Source: Bacteroidota bacterium
GTDB taxonomy: Bacteria; Bacteroidota; Bacteroidia; Chitinophagales; UBA8649
Direction: 5' to 3'
Assembly (NCBI GenBank): GCA_002862745.1
Contig: PKDX01000049.1
Location: 36,810-100,809, forward strand
DNA length: 64,000 nt
Part shown: positions 59,088-64,000 of the stretch, piece by piece
Layout of the letters: each line of letters begins with the position of its first letter
How positions within the stretch are numbered: the stretch's first letter is position 1
Notes under the pieces: model-generated
What the model was told of the DNA's origin: nothing
The model's input: the letters and a program-made list of their open reading frames with translations, nothing else
Database searches by the model: none
Translations under genes and position numbers: made by a program

Positions 59088-62000
59088 CTACGACATTCTT
59101 GTTTTGTTTCGAACTTTAGTGAGGTATTGCACGGAGGGTAGTGTATGAATCTCCTCGACAACACCAAAGGCGCGCTCATCACTCCATTGTTTAAAGACTT
59201 TCGAAGTCTGATCATTCGTATCTCCAAAGGTGATCGCATTGGTTCCACAAACAGACTGACATGCTGTTTGAATTTCACCATCTACAAGACCTCGGCCCTC
59301 TTTTTTCGCCTCAAGTTTTCCTACCTGAACGCGTTGCACACAGAAGGAACATTTCTCAATGACACCTCGTGAACGAACCGTTACATCTGGGTTGAGTACC
59401 ATTCGACGTAATGGATCATGCATTCCTAGCTGACCCCCTTCATGGCTGCGAGCACCATCAAAGTCATTATCTAGTCCCCAGAATCCTTCACGATCACTGA
59501 AGCTATCTGCTCCCTGGTAATCGAACCAGTTGAAGCGACGCACTTTGTAAGGACAGTTGTTTGCACAATATCTTGTACCAATACAACGGTTGTAGGTCAT
59601 TTGATTTAATCCTTCACTACTGTGGTTGGTAGCAGCTACAGGGCAAACATTTTCACACGGAGCATTATCACAATGTTGACACATCATCGGTTGGAAAACC
59701 ACTTCTGGGTTATCCTCATCGCCTGTGTGATATTTGTCAATGCGCAGCCAATTCATTTCATGCGCACGGTGTACTTCGACTTGACCGACTACAGGAACAT
59801 TATTTTCCGCATTACAGGCAACGACACAAGCGCCACATCCGATGCAAGAGTTTAAGTCAATTGCCATACCCCAATGGTGGCCATCACCTTGTTGCTCAGC
59901 ATGAGCCCCTCCATAGTAGTATTCGAAAGGCTTCTCATCATTCCAAGCCGTTTCTCCATAAAGAGAGGTCAAATGGTGCTTTAACCACTTATCGCGTCGT
60001 TGACCGGCTATCGTATTGCCACTCCATGGATCGTTTTTGTATTCATCAAGAGTAGTTTCTTTAACAACCTCACGGGTTTGTTCAACGGTGAACATGCTAT
60101 TTTCGTCTGAGCCAAGCGTTGTATGGGTAAGACCATGGTGCTGCTGAATAATTGCAATCTTATAGTCTTCTCCTTTTGCTTTGACACCCTCGACAGCAGC
60201 CATGTGAACCATTGATTCAGCACTTCGATCCATTAATGGATAAACGGAAGCGCCGCGTTCGTAGTCCGCGTGTAAGGTATGCTGGCGACCATACCCAAAA
60301 CAGATACCAAAAGCTCCGTAAGGTGTACCTGGTAGGGCAACCACTGGTAAGCTCACCGAACCTTTATCTGTAGTAAGAGTGGCCACCTGATAGGTTCTTG
60401 CCTTAAAATTATCCAACAAGCCATTTTCTTCAACCCACTTTGGATTGGCTACGATGTAGTTGTCCCAGCTAATTCTTGTGATTGGATCGGCAAGTTCTTG
60501 CATCCATGGGTTATCGCAGTATGATCCATCCCCAACTTGAGGTTTTTCATAAAACTTGACCTCAAGGGCAAAAGATGAACTTGCCGCTAAACGGCTACCC
60601 CATCCTTGAACGTCTCCTGTACACAATGAAGTCGGTCCCTCTACTTTGTCTAAGTGAACTCCTCCATCATGAATGGCGCTATCCCAGAAAGCCCCTGTTG
60701 TAGCGTAAGTGCTTTGTTGCGTGAAGTATTCATCAAACCACACCTTACGAGTAAAGTCATAGGCTTCCATAGCATTACCACTCCAACGTAAAACGCTTTC
60801 TAAGCGCTGGCGCGTATCGAATAGGGGTGCGATGCAAGGCTGCTGAGAAGCAAGATAGTTTGAGGTTGGCATAGCATCTCCCCAGGATTCCAACCAATGG
60901 TGGTCGGGAGCAACATAGGCACACTTTCTAGACGTTTCGTCGAATCGACCAGACATTGAAACAGCAAATGAAACCTTATCCATCGCGGATTCAAAGGAAG
61001 CTCCCAAGGTGTATACTGGGTTAGAGGCATCAACAATAAGTCCTGCGACCGACCCAGCCTCCATGCGCGCTATCATCTCTGAAACCGCCTTATCACTACC
61101 CTCTTTGAGTGAATAGGTAATGTTGTTTGAAATGGTGGAGCCGTAGTTACCCAGCATCTCGTTGATCGCTATCACTAGCAATTGAGTATCCTGGTTGTTT
61201 GATCCTGAAAGCACTACTGACTTTCCTTCAGCCGCCAATAATTCCTTAGCAACCTTAGCGATTTCATCCTTCGCATAGCTCGAGTTGAGCACAGCTTTTC
61301 CTTTGGCAGACGCAATCGCATTGTAAAGCTGAACAATTGCATGGTCCTCTTCAGAAGGCATGACTGGAATTCGCAAATCCGCATTGGACCCTGAAAGACT
61401 AGGCAGAGACTCAATCTGGATATGTCGATTCATGTCCGAGTGATCTTTAGTGACCTTTCGTCTAGAGGAATAATCAGCAGAGAACCGAGTAGAATTTAAC
61501 CACGACCCTAAAAAGTCAGCACCGACCGATACAATAAGGTCTGCCTTCTCTAAGTGAATCTCTCGAGGTGCACGCACGCCAAATGCCTCTTCATGCGCGT
61601 TGAGAATACCTGCATATGAGATGGCATCATAGGCTACACGCTTAATGTTTGGATAGGCCTCAACAAGGGCTTCATAAGCTTTTCTAATCGATGGGCTCAC
61701 CTCACTGCTTGTGAGAAGGACCACTTCTTTGTTCTCTTTTTTAGCCTGCTTTAAGTTGGCAATAACCGCCTTATCCAGAGCTTCCCATGAGGCATCTTCT
61801 CCGTCGATTTTGGCCGCTTTCATACGAGCATGATCGTATAAGTTGATAAGGCTACCCAATGACCGTAAATGAACATCACCTTTTGAATATCCCGAGACAA
61901 GACCTTCTATCATGATGGGTCTACCTTCACGAGTTTTTACTTTAACTACATTGAAGTCGCCATTACCTGAAAAGGTTGAGGCATAGTAATTAGGAATTCC

Positions 62001-62267
62001 TGGCACCAAACCATCTTGCGTTGTTTGGTAAGGAATGGATTTACGGATAGGACGCTTACATGCCGCAGCTACTGTTGCTGCTCCAACACTGAAACCCAAC
62101 ATTTTCAAAAAGTCTCTTCGGCCGGTTTTCTCTTTAGAAATGACCTCTCTTACCTCTTTAAGGTATTCTAGATCTCCATCCTCGTACTTCTCTGTATAGG
62201 TAGCATCCCGTAATTCGTGAATGCTGCCCCAGTACTTCTTGTTTTGATTCGATTCTAACGCACTCAT
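59088..62267 (-). CDS. actB: alternative complex III subunit ActB (Tat-exported molybdopterin-oxidoreductase-like domain fused to a 4-cluster ferredoxin domain)
   Basis: Twin-arginine signal [12 protein letters not shown]. Large CISM-like N-terminal domain. C-terminal Fe-S motifs [48 protein letters not shown]. 1059 aa. Confidence 0.9.
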   Translation of the reverse strand: MSALESNQNKKYWGSIHELRDATYTEKYEDGDLEYLKEVREVISKEKTGRRDFLKMLGFSVGAATVAAACKRPIRKSIPYQTTQDGLVPGIPNYYASTFSGNGDFNVVKVKTREGRPIMIEGLVSGYSKGDVHLRSLGSLINLYDHARMKAAKIDGEDASWEALDKAVIANLKQAKKENKEVVLLTSSEVSPSIRKAYEALVEAYPNIKRVAYDAISYAGILNAHEEAFGVRAPREIHLEKADLIVSVGADFLGSWLNSTRFSADYSSRRKVTKDHSDMNRHIQIESLPSLSGSNADLRIPVMPSEEDHAIVQLYNAIASAKGKAVLNSSYAKDEIAKVAKELLAAEGKSVVLSGSNNQDTQLLVIAINEMLGNYGSTISNNITYSLKEGSDKAVSEMIARMEAGSVAGLIVDASNPVYTLGASFESAMDKVSFAVSMSGRFDETSRKCAYVAPDHHWLESWGDAMPTSNYLASQQPCIAPLFDTRQRLESVLRWSGNAMEAYDFTRKVWFDEYFTQQSTYATTGAFWDSAIHDGGVHLDKVEGPTSLCTGDVQGWGSRLAASSSFALEVKFYEKPQVGDGSYCDNPWMQELADPITRISWDNYIVANPKWVEENGLLDNFKARTYQVATLTTDKGSVSLPVVALPGTPYGAFGICFGYGRQHTLHADYERGASVYPLMDRSAESMVHMAAVEGVKAKGEDYKIAIIQQHHGLTHTTLGSDENSMFTVEQTREVVKETTLDEYKNDPWSGNTIAGQRRDKWLKHHLTSLYGETAWNDEKPFEYYYGGAHAEQQGDGHHWGMAIDLNSCIGCGACVVACNAENNVPVVGQVEVHRAHEMNWLRIDKYHTGDEDNPEVVFQPMMCQHCDNAPCENVCPVAATNHSSEGLNQMTYNRCIGTRYCANNCPYKVRRFNWFDYQGADSFSDREGFWGLDNDFDGARSHEGGQLGMHDPLRRMVLNPDVTVRSRGVIEKCSFCVQRVQVGKLEAKKEGRGLVDGEIQTACQSVCGTNAITFGDTNDQTSKVFKQWSDERAFGVVEEIHTLPSVQYLTKVRNKTRMS

Positions 62268-62280
62268 GGTCTAAAATTTC

Positions 62281-63867
62281 TTAATAGTGACATTTTTGGC
62301 ACTCCGTACCTCCGATATCCTCGACAGTAGCTTCATCACTCAAGTTGTGATAGTGTTGCTCGTAATAAGGGTTGTTCTGATCAACCTCTGAATTTCTGTG
62401 ACAGTTTATACACCACCCCATGGATAAAGGTGACCACTGATAAACGACTTCCATTTCTTGGATCGGTCCGTGACAACTTTGGCATTCAACATTACCCGCG
62501 TTGACGTGCTGGGCGTGATTGAAATAAACATGGTCAGGAAGATTGTGTATGCGGACCCACGGAATCGGTGAATTGTACATAGCAAGAACCGCTTCAACAT
62601 CTTCGGTTAGCGCAACTTGAACAGCCTCGTCCATTAATTCTTCCTCGTTGTAATCTTGAGATAGATAGGTACGATACATGGAGTCTAAGTCATCTGCTTC
62701 CACGGACTCAGGATACGCGATATACGATCCACCACCAATAGCGTTTGGATCCCAACCAACAGATGCATAGATTTTTGCAATCTCAGAACGACCTCCGTCT
62801 TCCGAATTCGCATTGACTTGCATATGACAGTTCATACAAACATCCGCTGAAGGAATGTTGGAATGCTTTGATTTACTAGCTCCGCTATGGCAATATTGGC
62901 ATTCAATGTTCAGCTGACCAGCGTGCAGGGCGTGGGAATAAGCAATAGGCTGATCGGGCTGGTAGGCTTGTTGACGTCCAACACCAATCGCAGACTCCAT
63001 CAATGTTTTAGCCCCTGCAAAAAGTAGAAGAGGAACAAGTACTGCATAGATACGCTTGCTCTTCCAAATTGGCACATAAGGAGGAATTGGCTGGCCTGTC
63101 TTTTGCAGCTCAATTCGCTTGAGCACCGCTTGAACACGCGCAAGAATCAACACAAGGAGGAAAAGACCAATCCCAATAAAGAGTAGATACTTGCTCAAAA
63201 ACTCTTTACCAATACCACCAGCTTCCCCTTCTCCAGCAGCAGCTTCTGTAACCGCAGCAGCAGGAGCAAACTGTGATGAGTTGTCTACATAATAAAGAAG
63301 TGCATCAATTTCATCATCTTTCAGCCCAGCAAATAGGTTCATTTTTGCTTCTCCCCATTGTTGGTAGAGATCGTTAGCGTAAGGGTGCCCAGCGTCCAGA
63401 ACATTGTTGTTGTTTCGGATCCATGCATACAACCATTCTTCACCTGATTTATCTTCAAAGTCACCATTATCTATCCAGCGCTGACGAACCCCAGATAAGG
63501 CTGGACCAGTTCCATCTCGAAGGGGGTGGTGACATGAGGCACATTTTCCCTGAAACAAAACCTTTCCTTGAGTCCAAAGGGCTTCCTCACCACTCGGAGC
63601 CGCTTCTGCACTTTCTTCTGCTAGTGCTGTCTCTTCGCTTTCTGCTTCGAGTGAATCGAGGGCAAGTGAACCACTGCTGTCTAATGCGGCTGCACTGTCC
63701 ATTACACCCTCATCGGCAGGCATATTGCCTGCATCGAGCTCCTCTTCCTGCGCAATGGCACTATGCACAAAGGCAGTAGAAATAAATAAGCTTACAAGAA
63801 GGAATAATTGTTTTGGCCTTGGCGCATACTGCGCCAGAAGTGTTTTGATTTGGATCTGGTTTGTCAT
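62281..63867 (-). CDS. actA: alternative complex III multi-haem cytochrome c subunit ActA with extra N-terminal mono-haem cytochrome c module (6 CxxCH)
   Basis: Six CxxCH motifs: CASCH, CQYCH, CMNCH, CQSCH, CINCH, CQKCH. Start set to MTNQIQIK (ATG at 63867) because the upstream 40 codons of the track ORF are Cys/Phe/Leu-rich and contain the candidate promoter. Confidence 0.85.
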   Translation of the reverse strand: MTNQIQIKTLLAQYAPRPKQLFLLVSLFISTAFVHSAIAQEEELDAGNMPADEGVMDSAAALDSSGSLALDSLEAESEETALAEESAEAAPSGEEALWTQGKVLFQGKCASCHHPLRDGTGPALSGVRQRWIDNGDFEDKSGEEWLYAWIRNNNNVLDAGHPYANDLYQQWGEAKMNLFAGLKDDEIDALLYYVDNSSQFAPAAAVTEAAAGEGEAGGIGKEFLSKYLLFIGIGLFLLVLILARVQAVLKRIELQKTGQPIPPYVPIWKSKRIYAVLVPLLLFAGAKTLMESAIGVGRQQAYQPDQPIAYSHALHAGQLNIECQYCHSGASKSKHSNIPSADVCMNCHMQVNANSEDGGRSEIAKIYASVGWDPNAIGGGSYIAYPESVEADDLDSMYRTYLSQDYNEEELMDEAVQVALTEDVEAVLAMYNSPIPWVRIHNLPDHVYFNHAQHVNAGNVECQSCHGPIQEMEVVYQWSPLSMGWCINCHRNSEVDQNNPYYEQHYHNLSDEATVEDIGGTECQKCHY

Positions 63868-63887
63868 AGCAATGTCACTGATCGTTT

Positions 63888-63920
63888 CAAATTTACTTAA
63901 TACACCCCTAAGCAAACAAG
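63888..63920 (-). promoter_or_regulatory. candidate Bacteroidota promoter of the act-cox block (-7 TAAATTTG, upstream TTG/TTTG)
   Basis: On the minus strand the sequence reads cTTGTTTGcttaggggtgtattaagTAAATTTGaaacgatcagtgacattgctATG. There is an exact TAnnTTTG 20 nt before the ATG, and TTG/TTTG 17-21 nt further upstream. Confidence 0.4.
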
Positions 63921-64000
63921 TTAAATCACTAAAAAAAGAGAGGAAATGACAATCCAGTCTAGAACATGTTGAAAACCGCAATTTCAAGCACCCTCCACTT

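Noticed and set aside
63868-63987. 40-codon upstream extension of the actA ORF
   Set aside because: The Cys/Phe/Leu/Ser-rich sequence is not signal-like, and it contains the candidate TAAATTTG promoter box. MTNQIQIK followed by a good hydrophobic signal is the plausible start.
1-64000. Looked for rRNA, tRNA, tmRNA, CRISPR arrays, IS elements, integrases, phage genes and toxin-antitoxin or defence-island signatures
   Set aside because: No intergenic gap exceeds about 190 nt. None of the gaps shows a cloverleaf-like arrangement or regularly spaced direct repeats. No ORF has transposase, integrase or recombinase motifs. This is an eye-scan only, so a covariance-model scan (tRNAscan/Infernal) would be the decisive check.

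Overview
This is a gene-dense, apparently chromosomal segment of a Bacteroidota genome (Flavobacteriia/Cytophagia-like) with about 60 CDS on both strands. Phylum-level evidence in the sequence: a short primary sigma factor lacking region 1.1 and starting MRQLKITK, two proteins ending in T9SS C-terminal sorting domains, SprB-type repeats, a PorT-like beta-barrel, several TAnnTTTG -7 boxes, and an alternative complex III (actABCDEF) directly followed by an aa3-type oxidase.

Positions 1-45.5 kb are mostly housekeeping. They include a PAP2 phosphatase, an LptF/G permease, rpoD, rmuC, aroE, an acyl-CoA carboxyltransferase, rsmD-coaD, rimM-trmD-rplS, gdh, a ccmB/ccmC-like/ccmD module, comM, miaA, a CCA-adding enzyme, engB, ubiE/menG, a PPTase, an MbnP-like/di-haem peroxidase pair, a tandem-GDPD protein and PIN-PhoH.

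Positions 45.5-64 kb form one uninterrupted minus-strand block of 16 genes. In order these are ACIII, ctaC, ctaD, ctaB, two subunit-III genes, subunit IV, an SCO-like protein, a CxxC mini-protein and an M1 peptidase.

I found no rRNA, tRNA, CRISPR array, transposase/integrase, prophage or recognisable defence island, and I cannot point to a clear-cut new multi-gene system. The most unusual observations are:
- ActA carries an extra N-terminal mono-haem cytochrome c module joined through a predicted TM hairpin, giving 6 CxxCH motifs instead of 5.
- ActF contains an insertion of about 105 residues that is extremely His/Asp/Glu-rich, and ActE and CtaD have His-rich ends.
- The SCO-like protein has CxxxxC instead of CxxxC and is translationally coupled to a 77-aa CAMC membrane mini-protein and then to an M1 peptidase.
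- An MbnP-like/MbnH-like pair sits outside any methanobactin context.
- A ccmB / N-terminally extended ccmC / ccmD module has no ccmA/E/F/H nearby, and its ccmD is below the ORF-track cutoff.
- Two patches of unrecognisable genes lie at 15.4-18.5 kb and 28.0-30.7 kb.

All family calls come from motif recognition by eye. No database search was possible.
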